NCBI GenBank assembly: GCA_031426555.1
Contig: JANPLN010000057.1
Span: 8,706-72,705 of the forward strand
Source: Bdellovibrionales bacterium
GTDB lineage: Bacteria > Bdellovibrionota > Bdellovibrionia > Bdellovibrionales > JAGQZY01
Direction of reading: 5' to 3'
DNA: 64,000 bases
Below are positions 1 to 9,000 of this stretch, piece by piece. A program made the translations under genes and the position numbers. The notes under the pieces are model-generated. The model saw nothing but the letters and a program-made list of their open reading frames with translations, made no database searches and had not been told where the DNA came from. Each line of letters begins with the position of its first letter. Position 1 is the stretch's first letter.

Positions 1-270
1 GGGCAGTTGGGAGTGAACGATATCCTGAGCCGTTCCTCACCGGTGCAGGTGAGTGGTGCCACATGGTCCCGCGTGGCAGCGGGTAACACTCACACCATTG
101 CACTTCGCAGTAATGGCTCAGTTTGGATTTGGGGAGACAACTCCACCGGACAGTTGGCGCAAAACGATCTGGTCAACCGCTCGTCGCCCGTCCAGGTGGG
201 TTCGCTCACAACATGGTTTGATGTTGCGGCATCAAGTTCCACATCCTATGGGATAAAAAACAATTCGTAA
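1..270 (+). CDS. C-terminal part of an RCC1/BLIP-II-like beta-propeller repeat protein (5' end outside window)
   Basis: Frame open from base 1 (GQLGVND...). RCC1-like repeats GQLG..RSSPVQV, VAAGNTHTIAL, GSVWIWGDNSTGQL. Confidence 0.85.
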   Translation, partial: GQLGVNDILSRSSPVQVSGATWSRVAAGNTHTIALRSNGSVWIWGDNSTGQLAQNDLVNRSSPVQVGSLTTWFDVAASSSTSYGIKNNS

Positions 271-286
271 ATGAGAAAGCAGTTAA

Positions 287-892
287 ATGGACACGCAAAA
301 ACTAAAACTCAATTTAGGCTGCGGCTATAAAAGAAAAGAAAATTTTGTCAACGTCGACATCGATCCTGCTTGTGAGCCACAAGTGACTCTCGATTTAGAA
401 AACGAAATTTGGCCTTGGGGCGATAATTCCGTTGACCAAATTCTTCTGCATCATGTGATGGAGCACTTGGGCGAAACAAAAAAACAATTTTTTCATATTA
501 TGAAGGAAATGTACCGAGTTTGTTGTAACCATGCGCAGATTCATATCGTTGTTCCTCACTACACCCACGAAAACTTTTGGCACGACTGCACGCACGTTCG
601 AGCCGTAACGCCTGTGGGCCTCGCTATGTTTTCTGTGCAACGAAATCTACAAACCATTGCTAACGGCGGCGATGAAAGTTGCTATGGGTTGCAGTTGGGT
701 GTGGATTTTTCGGTGGAGTCAGTGGTTTACAAACTCAAAGACCAGTTTGGTCGTGCGCTCGAACAAAAAAGCATCTCAGAAGAACAGATGCAGCACATGT
801 TTATGACACAAAATAATATTTGCGAGGCCATCGACATGCGCCTGAAAGTGATTAAGACTAAACAGGAACAGACTGCCGATGCAAAACTTTAA
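287..892 (+). CDS. Class I SAM-dependent methyltransferase (Methyltransf_11-like)
   Basis: LNLGCG motif I, NVD, HHVMEH and VVPH..DCTH, typical of glycan-locus methyltransferases. Confidence 0.8.
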   Translation: MDTQKLKLNLGCGYKRKENFVNVDIDPACEPQVTLDLENEIWPWGDNSVDQILLHHVMEHLGETKKQFFHIMKEMYRVCCNHAQIHIVVPHYTHENFWHDCTHVRAVTPVGLAMFSVQRNLQTIANGGDESCYGLQLGVDFSVESVVYKLKDQFGRALEQKSISEEQMQHMFMTQNNICEAIDMRLKVIKTKQEQTADAKL

Positions 893-1889
893 AACTATAA
901 ATGGTATTCCTCTTCTTGATCAACAGGTGCGAGCTGGTATCGAAGGTGATTTCGCTCGAGGTTGGGAGATTGCCGAAGAGCTTCGTCGAGTTTCGCCAGC
1001 CTGTCGTCGAGCGGCCTTTAACAGAGCTTGGTACATGATGATGCGCGGAGACCTACTAGAAGGTCTCACACTCTTAGACCAGGGGAGGTGGGAAAAAGTT
1101 TTTGGCGATCCTCCGCTGCCGACGTCAAAACCCATTTATCGCGACGAGGACTTAAAAGGAAGGTATCTTTTAATTTGCTCAGAGGGGGGATTGGGTGATG
1201 AGATCATCAACGCCCGATTTATTAAAGATTTTGTAGACCTCGGCGCCAAAGTTGTGATCACCTGTGATCCGGGACTTGCCAGCGTGTTTTCGCGCATCGA
1301 TGGCGTATCCGCTGTAATTGGCCATCGCCGCACTCCCGAAGTGCACCATGACTTTTGGGTGCCGGGAATGAGCGCCGCCCGTGTTCTCAATTACACCTAC
1401 GAAAAGCTCACTGGCGCTGCGTATCTTTGCGCAGATCCAAATTATGTTAAGAAATGGCAAAATTACTTCTTTGAAAATAAAATCGACGCGCGCATTGGCT
1501 TGCGGTTTTTTGGCAATCCAAAGTTTGAACACGAGCAACATCGACGTTTTCCTCCACAGTTATTGACCGATGCTCTAGCTGGAAGGCCGTGGGTGAATTT
1601 GCAGATCGAGCAGACAAATTTGCCACTGAAAAACTGGGAAGACACCTTGGCCGTGATCTCGCTTTTGGATTTGGTGATCACGTCGTGCACCAGCGTGGCC
1701 CACGCCAGTGCCGCCATGGGAAAAGAAACCTGGGTGGTCACGCCAGTATTGCCATATTATATTTGGGCGCTCCCTGGCGACACCTCGCCGTGGTACAAAT
1801 CAGTTCGTTTGTTCCGCCAGGAAAAATTTGGCCAGTGGGAATCGGTTTTCGAAAAAGTAAAACACGCTCTCGAACTTCGAAATTTTTAA
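879..1889 (+). CDS. GT-B glycosyltransferase, GT9/heptosyltransferase-like (TPR-associated type)
   Basis: EGGLGDEI..ARF and LDLVITSCTSVAHASAAMGK..W..SPWY.S.RLFRQ motifs. Overlaps the upstream gene. Confidence 0.75.
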   Translation: MQNFKTINGIPLLDQQVRAGIEGDFARGWEIAEELRRVSPACRRAAFNRAWYMMMRGDLLEGLTLLDQGRWEKVFGDPPLPTSKPIYRDEDLKGRYLLICSEGGLGDEIINARFIKDFVDLGAKVVITCDPGLASVFSRIDGVSAVIGHRRTPEVHHDFWVPGMSAARVLNYTYEKLTGAAYLCADPNYVKKWQNYFFENKIDARIGLRFFGNPKFEHEQHRRFPPQLLTDALAGRPWVNLQIEQTNLPLKNWEDTLAVISLLDLVITSCTSVAHASAAMGKETWVVTPVLPYYIWALPGDTSPWYKSVRLFRQEKFGQWESVFEKVKHALELRNF

Positions 1890-1905
1890 GCAAAGGAAAA
1901 ACTCA

Positions 1906-2622
1906 TTGAATAAAACTCGTAAGTCCCACGTCTTTGACCAGCATCTTCAATTAAATTTTAGTTACGACATGAACATCGAGTCGGCCTACGTTATTACCGT
2001 CGATGGCAATGCGGACTCCGAGCGTTTGGCCGAGCGCTGTTTAAAATCCTGCGAGCAGTTTAACATTCCGGCCAAAAGATGGTCGGCTTTTGATGGTACC
2101 CAGGGAGATATTAAAACCCCGGCGCATCTGGTGGGAAAAGATTATTTGAAGTGGTTTAAAGTTATCGACCCGCATCTTTCGCCCTCCGAACTCGCCTGTG
2201 CCCTGAGTCATATTTCTTTGTGGGCCCATTGTGTGCAAAACGATCGTCCGCTAGTGGTTTTGGAACACGATGCGGTGGTGATTGCCAACTTTCAAACTCA
2301 TCCGTTTTTTGGCTGTATTAATTATCTTGGGTGTATCGAGCAGATGGAACGAGGTTGGCCAGTGATTCCCACCCCACCTCACGCCACGCACGGAGCTAAT
2401 TACCACTTTATCTGCCGCGCCCACGCGTACTCCATTGATCCCGCGGTGGCAAAATCAATGTTGGCCTATGTTTTGCGCCAAGGAATTTGCGAAACGCTTG
2501 ATTTGATGTTGCGCGCTGACCTTTTTCCCATCGTGCAATTTGGTTTGGTGGCCTACGACGATTCCGGCGGAATCACCACCATTACTCATCGCAAACCCGA
2601 TCCGTTTGGTCAGGAAAGATAA
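1906..2622 (+). CDS. Glycosyltransferase family 25-like protein (paralog of 25724..26437)
   Basis: AYVIT, AFDG, ACALSHISLW..C, VVLEHDA, AHAYSI motifs. Confidence 0.7.
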   Translation: MNKTRKSHVFDQHLQLNFSYDMNIESAYVITVDGNADSERLAERCLKSCEQFNIPAKRWSAFDGTQGDIKTPAHLVGKDYLKWFKVIDPHLSPSELACALSHISLWAHCVQNDRPLVVLEHDAVVIANFQTHPFFGCINYLGCIEQMERGWPVIPTPPHATHGANYHFICRAHAYSIDPAVAKSMLAYVLRQGICETLDLMLRADLFPIVQFGLVAYDDSGGITTITHRKPDPFGQER

Positions 2623-2639
2623 CAGAAAAGATAAAGCTT

Positions 2640-4475
2640 TTATTTTTTTACGGCCAATACATTGTGGGTCATGGCTGTTCCAAATATATTTTCAGCTTTA
2701 TTTTTGAAATTATCAGGGTTGTACAGCGGCGTTAATTTTTCTTCGTAGTGGTAACCCCACTCGGTGAGCCGCTGTAAAATCTGAGTTCTTTGCGGCTCGC
2801 GATCAATCTCGATCCATAAAGTAGGCCGATGATTACGAATGGTTTTTTCCGCTCCTGCCAGTGCCTGTAACTCCATGCCTTCGATATCCATTTTAATAAA
2901 ATCTAATTTTGGTAAATCGAGATCATCGAGTTTTAAAAGAGGAATCGCCTGAGTTTGCGGCTCTTCGGTGACTTGCGTGGCGCCAAAATTGCCAACCTTG
3001 TTATAGTTGACTGGCGGCAGAAAACCAGTGCCTGTGGAATCGGACAGCCCCTCCGCGCGACACTCTAACCACGTCCACTGATGAGTCATACCATTCAGTT
3101 CGATGAGTTTTTTAAAAAACTCTTGTGGCTCAAAGGAGATCACTCGCCCCTGTGGCCCCACTTTTTCCGCCATCAAATACGAAAAATATCCAAGCTGCGC
3201 TCCCGCATCCACTGCAACATCACCAGGTTTTAAGTGCGCTAGAATGATTTCCGATTCTTGTTGCGAATATTCTCCGTAAACCTCTAACGCTTGCCCTACA
3301 AAATAATCATTGGGACAGATCACAATGTGGCCCAGTCGTGTGGGCGTTGTTTTCACAAGTTCCTTTTGTATCGGTGGGTGTTGGGGGTGGTACATTTGTT
3401 GGGGGCTGCGCAGATCGTTCCGTAGCGAAAACAGAGTGTCTATCTGCTCGCGCACCATTGATATTTCGGGTTCCCAGTCCATAAAATTTTTCTGGTTAAG
3501 CAGCGTCATGGAATTGTACCAGGGCGTTTTTTGCAAACCGGCTGCAAACTGATGGGAAAAAGTAAACCAACCGAAAAGACGGTTGAGCAACAACGTGGGA
3601 GTGCCCATGGCGGCAGCCAAATGGGCGGGGCCGGTATCCACGCTGATAAAAAAATCAATATTTGCACAAAACCCAGCGAGATCATTGGGCCCTTCGATTT
3701 GTGAGCTCACATCGATGAGATTTTGGTTCTGTAAGGGATTGTGCGAGTGGGTCCCCTGCATCGTCAAAAATTGGTAGTTTTTGTTTTGTAAAAGGGGCAA
3801 AAGCAGCGAGGCTCGGAGACTTCGGTATTGATCTTCGGCAAATTGCGGGTTGCCCTGCCAGATTAAACCCACCCGTGGTTTTTTAAATTGTAAGCGCGAG
3901 GCCCACTTTTGTGCGGACGCAAGCGGGCACGACAAAAACGGCTCGCCGCCAATTTGTTCATGCTGAAGAGCCAGCAGGCGAGGCGCACTGAGTGCCGGGA
4001 GCCACCAATCATAATCCACAAGCTCGGCAGCTTTGGGCGAGATCAGGTGCACGTCTGCAGGCAGACTGCGCAAAATTGGGAACATTTCCACTGGCGCTGC
4101 GAGCAAGACTTTTGCGCCCTTGTTTTGCAGTTGCATGACGAAACGACTAAAGCACACAATATCTCCCAAGCCGCCCTCTGAGGAAAGGAGCACGCGCTGG
4201 CCAAAAAGGGACGTGGTTCCATCCCAAAGTGGTTTTTGTTGGGTGATATAATCGCCGCCAAAAACTCCATGTCCCCGCACGCTATCAAAGAGTGCGAGCC
4301 CTTGTTGCCACTGGCCCACGGCAATTTTGAGTCGCGCCAAACAAAATCTCACCATCACGTTTTTTTGCTCCTGAACAAACAGCTCCTCGCAAAGTTGCAG
4401 AGCTTCTAAAAAAGCCCCATGGTAGGCGCGGTCGGCGATGAGTTTGAGGGTGGGTTCGAGAGCGAATTGTTGCAT
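2640..4475 (-). CDS. GT9-like glycosyltransferase fused to an FkbM-family methyltransferase
   Basis: N-part has EGGLGDIV and ISVDTGPAHLAAAMG. C-part has YGEYS, VDAGAQLG, SFEPQ, DFIKMDIEGMELQALAGA. Confidence 0.8.
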   Translation of the reverse strand: MQQFALEPTLKLIADRAYHGAFLEALQLCEELFVQEQKNVMVRFCLARLKIAVGQWQQGLALFDSVRGHGVFGGDYITQQKPLWDGTTSLFGQRVLLSSEGGLGDIVCFSRFVMQLQNKGAKVLLAAPVEMFPILRSLPADVHLISPKAAELVDYDWWLPALSAPRLLALQHEQIGGEPFLSCPLASAQKWASRLQFKKPRVGLIWQGNPQFAEDQYRSLRASLLLPLLQNKNYQFLTMQGTHSHNPLQNQNLIDVSSQIEGPNDLAGFCANIDFFISVDTGPAHLAAAMGTPTLLLNRLFGWFTFSHQFAAGLQKTPWYNSMTLLNQKNFMDWEPEISMVREQIDTLFSLRNDLRSPQQMYHPQHPPIQKELVKTTPTRLGHIVICPNDYFVGQALEVYGEYSQQESEIILAHLKPGDVAVDAGAQLGYFSYLMAEKVGPQGRVISFEPQEFFKKLIELNGMTHQWTWLECRAEGLSDSTGTGFLPPVNYNKVGNFGATQVTEEPQTQAIPLLKLDDLDLPKLDFIKMDIEGMELQALAGAEKTIRNHRPTLWIEIDREPQRTQILQRLTEWGYHYEEKLTPLYNPDNFKNKAENIFGTAMTHNVLAVKK

Positions 4476-4666
4476 CTCTAATTGGTCTCGAATGTGCGAG
4501 AGATAGTCAAGAACCTGATTTGTGAGTCATTCTGAATCATTTTGCAGAAAAATGTGTCTCAAAGTAGGAAATCACCTCGACGAACATAAGGTTCCGCGCA
4601 GCAAAGACCGACATGCAATTACCGTCGAAAGAGTTTTCTGCAGAATAACGGAATTGGGGGCTAGCC

Positions 4667-5896
4667 ATGCCATTAAGTTTTAAAAATAAAGTTTCCATTT
4701 TTTGTACGGCCACGCTCGCCATTCTTCTCTATCAGAATTGTTCACAAAACTTTAAGTCGGCCACAGCAAATCAAGCTTCAAACTCCAACGAAGGTAACAA
4801 CGGAGGATTGCAAACTCCTCCAACACCTTCGGGGCAACAACCATCGATGCCGCCACCCCCCGTGATTCCCAATGGAAAAACGGTGGATGTTTTTATGGCA
4901 AGTGGACACATGGCGCGCACGCTTTTTTCCTGTGACGACGGAAGAACGTGGCGCCATGATCAATCGCAAGACGACAGCGCTCGCTGCTGGGTAACGGGCG
5001 ATCCCAAATACGTTGAGTGCGATCACACAGCGTACTCATCGCGCGGTCTGACTCACGAGGACGGTCTATTTTTTACTAATTTTGGTTGGGGCGAAAACGG
5101 AAGTGTTCGACGCTCCATCGATGGAGTCAATTGGCAAATCATGCGCTCGAACGGGTGGGGCGGTGGAGTCTCTTACACGAATGGTTTACTTTTTTTGTTA
5201 TGGAACGGCGGAATCATTTCAGCCAATCAAGGCGATACTTGGCAAACTTTCGCAATGCAGCCCAGCAAAGGTTTTGATCATCCCTCGGTGGAAAAAATCG
5301 CAGACAACCGCCTCGCGATGATTGGCCGCGCCTCGGGAGTTAATAAAGTGGGAATCAGTTTGGATGGTGGTCTCACATGGAATTTGCCGGCCACCTTACA
5401 AGTCACCTGGCTTAAATCCATCATCGAAGGCAATGGCCGCATGGTCGGCATTGGCTATTTAGAACCCATGGGGCTTCCACCTGTTTCCTATTCTGCCATC
5501 TCAACAGATCAGGGCGCCACTTGGATGATTCGTGAGCAGACCGGCTTAAACGCCAATTGGGGACACTTAATTTTTGATGGCAGTCGATTTGTTACCTGGA
5601 GTTCCGGAAAACGCTGGCACAGCACAGATGGACTCTCTTGGACAAGTTCAGCTGTCATGATCGGCGATCGAGCTTCGAACTTTTCTGGACCTACAGCTTT
5701 CAATCCCACCACCGGTACCTACGCGCGCATTCTTGGCGGTTGGGGAAACAACTACGCTCGGCAAAAAGCCTATCGCTCGGGCGACGGAATTATTTGGCAA
5801 GAATTGCCGGCCTCAGCTTTTAACGGCGGACACCCTGTTGGCGAGATGATCCACGGTCAGATGGACACAGCTTTTTGTCAGGGAAGTGGCATGTGA
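4667..5896 (+). CDS. Lipoprotein with BNR/Asp-box-like beta-propeller repeats
   Basis: LYQNC lipobox, Pro-rich linker, repeated S.D.G.TW motifs (SCDDGRTW, SIDGVNW, SLDGGLTW, STDQGATW, STDGLSW). Confidence 0.75.
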   Translation: MPLSFKNKVSIFCTATLAILLYQNCSQNFKSATANQASNSNEGNNGGLQTPPTPSGQQPSMPPPPVIPNGKTVDVFMASGHMARTLFSCDDGRTWRHDQSQDDSARCWVTGDPKYVECDHTAYSSRGLTHEDGLFFTNFGWGENGSVRRSIDGVNWQIMRSNGWGGGVSYTNGLLFLLWNGGIISANQGDTWQTFAMQPSKGFDHPSVEKIADNRLAMIGRASGVNKVGISLDGGLTWNLPATLQVTWLKSIIEGNGRMVGIGYLEPMGLPPVSYSAISTDQGATWMIREQTGLNANWGHLIFDGSRFVTWSSGKRWHSTDGLSWTSSAVMIGDRASNFSGPTAFNPTTGTYARILGGWGNNYARQKAYRSGDGIIWQELPASAFNGGHPVGEMIHGQMDTAFCQGSGM

Positions 5897-6025
5897 AGTG
5901 CAATTCCTTGGATCAATGGCGTTCAATAATCATAATTTTAGATTGTTTCAAATCGAGTCATATTTTGTAACCAACAATCCCGTGGTGTATCGAAAAATTT
6001 TTCCGTCCAACTTTTGTCCAGAAAC

Positions 6026-6052
6026 TAAAGATCCCCGGGGTTAAACCGATAA
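6026..6052 (+). promoter_or_regulatory. sigma28/FliA-like promoter of fibre gene 1
   Basis: TAAAG-N14-ACCGATAA, 6 nt before GTG at 6059. Confidence 0.75.
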
Positions 6053-6058
6053 GCCAAT

Positions 6059-9000
6059 GTGGTGTTACGTCTGCAATATTACACAATAAAAAGTACATGG
6101 TACTTTCTTGGTTTGCTACTTTTTCTGCCAACTTTCGCACAAGCACAAACCGAGCCTCCGCAGTTTATGACTGTGGACGGGCGCCTTTATGATTCCACAA
6201 CGCCCGAAGATCCACTGCTTGATAATTCTGTTTTGATGAAAATCCAAATTTTAAATCCTACAAAAACTTGTATTTTGTACGAGGAGGAACAAACCGTAAG
6301 CACTTTGTCTTCCAACGGTTACTTCAACGTTCGTGTGGGTTCTCCTACTTCGGGCCCTGAATCATCAAAGCGCACCACCTCCACCATCGACGTTGGAAAT
6401 TCCATGATGGAGATTTTCCAAAACCAAAATGCGTCCATTGCGGGTAGAACTTCTGGCGGCGCAGGTTGCGGTTACTCACCAGCTGCAGGCGATACGCGAT
6501 ATTTTCGTTTTGTAGTCACTCCAAGCACCACGGGTGTAACGAGCACGCTGAGCCCTGACATGCAGATTGATTCTGTACCGCAGTCGTTGGTGGCAGAGAC
6601 GTTGCAAGGCATGACACCAGGAAATTTTGTGCAGACCAACACCGATGTAACGCAAGCGAAGGTGAATACACTTTTCGGTGCGAGCTACACCACACTGAGC
6701 GGTTTGTTGTCTGGTAGTAGTTCGCTGTATTTGCAAAACACCACAAATGGCACGGTGATTCCTAGCCGCGCGACGAGCCCCGTGGCTCCAACAGCAGGGC
6801 AGATCTGGTACGATAGCGACGATTTCGTGCTTCGCTACTACGATGGCACAACGGTTCTCACTCTCGGAACAAGCGGCGGAGATCCAACCAAGCTCCCGTT
6901 AGCTGGCGGAACCATGGCAGGCGCCATCAACATGGCCGGAAATGACATCACTGATTTGGGTCATGTGACCCAGGCTCCGCAAAGAACATTTCGTTTTGGC
7001 GTTTACACCACCGCTCAGCAGGCAACACTCATTGCAACGCCACTTGTGGCAGGCCACGAAGGCACGGTGTGGTACAACACCACCACCAATAAATTAATGT
7101 TTTGGGATGGAACTGCAGAGTTTGCAGTGTCGCCAGTGGACAGTGTGTTTGGCAGAACCGGTGCTGTTGTCGCAGTGGCCGGCGATTATACAGCGTCGCA
7201 AGTGACCAATGTGGCCTCTGGTGCCGTAACGGCAGTGACGGTGCAATCGGCAATCAACGAATTGGATACTGAGAAAGTAGCCAAAGCTGGCGACACCATG
7301 ACGGGAGCGCTCAATCTTGATAACGAGCAAGAGTTGCGGTTGTCCGAAGCCGACGGCAGCGGCGCAAACTTTGTGGCAATCAAAGCACTCGCGACATTGG
7401 GTGCAAACTACACACTCACACTGCCTCACGACGATGGAAACAGTGGTCAGTATTTACAAACCGATGGTAACGGAATTTTAACGTGGGTCACTCCCGCAGG
7501 TGTGGGTGAAACTAATACGGGAAGCAATCAAGGTGCAGCGGGAGTTGGAGTCTACGATGCAAAATCTGGTGTAGATCTCCAATTCAGAAACATCAATGCC
7601 GCTTCAAATAAAATCAACGTTGCACTAGATGCGGGCAACAAAGAAATTGACATTAACGTGAACGAGGTCAACTTAAACTCCGCTGTGATTCCAAATACGG
7701 CTGCAGGAACAATAGCTGCCACTAACGTGCAGGCTGCCATTAACGAACTGGACACAGAGAAAGTAGCAACCACACGTGCAATAAACACGGTAGCGGGTAG
7801 TGGGCTGACTGGTGGCGGAGACCTTTCTGCAGATCGCAGCTTAAGTGTAAACATCAACGGAACCACGGGCGAAACGGCAGTGGCCGGCGTTGACGAAATC
7901 TTAATCTATGATGTCAGTGCAACAGCTCTTCGCAAAATGACTCGCACAAACTTTGTGCTTAGCGAAACCGAAGTGGACGCAATGGTATCAAACAACGGCT
8001 TTCTCACAACAGAAGCCGATACATTAGCGACGGTCACAAGTCGTGGAGCTAATACAGCCACAAGCATCACATTAAACACACAAGCCCAAGCGCGCTTCGC
8101 TGATAGTGCTGGCGGTGAGTATGCGGCTATTCAGGCGCCAGCGACCATTGGGTCCAACTATATATTAACACTTCCAACAGATGACGGCATCGCAAACCAA
8201 GTCTTAACCACAGATGGTTCCGGCGTACTAAGCTGGACCTCCTTGGCAGCCGTCGGAGAATCCAACACCGCAAGTAACCAAGGTGCAGCGGGTGTAGGTC
8301 TTTACGATCTAAAAGCTGGAGTCGACCTCCAATTTAGAAACATCAATGCGGCGAGCAACAAAGTTAGTATAGCGCTTGATGCCGGAAACAAAGAAGTGGA
8401 CATCAATGTGAACGAAGCCAACCTCGCTCTTGGCAGCATACCAAACACAGTGGCCGGAACAATCGCTGCCACGAACGCTCAAGCCGCGATCAATGAACTC
8501 GATAGCGAAAAAGTAGCAAAAGCTGGCGACACCATCACGGGCGCATTAAACATCGACAACGAACAAGAGCTCCGGCTTTCCGAAGCCGACGGCAGTGGCG
8601 CAAATTACGTAGCCATCAAAGCTCTAACGACTTTAGGAGCTAACTACACACTCACGCTGCCGTCAAATGACGGCGACAGCGGCCAGTATTTACAAACCGA
8701 TGGTAACGGAGTTCTCGCCTGGGTAACGCCCGCAGGTGCGGGGGAAACCAACACGGCCAGCAACCAAGGAGCCGGCGGCATTGGCGTCTTTAAACAAAAA
8801 ACCACTTTTGATTTAGAATTCCGAAACATCAACGCCGCTTCAAATAAAATCAGCATAGCGCTGGATGCTGCTAACAACGAGATCGATATTAATGTGGGGG
8901 AGGCAAATTTAGATTTGGGAATAATTCCGAACACTCCGGCAGGGACAGTAGCAGCCACCACCGCACAAACAGCCATCAACGAACTCGACACAGATAAAGT

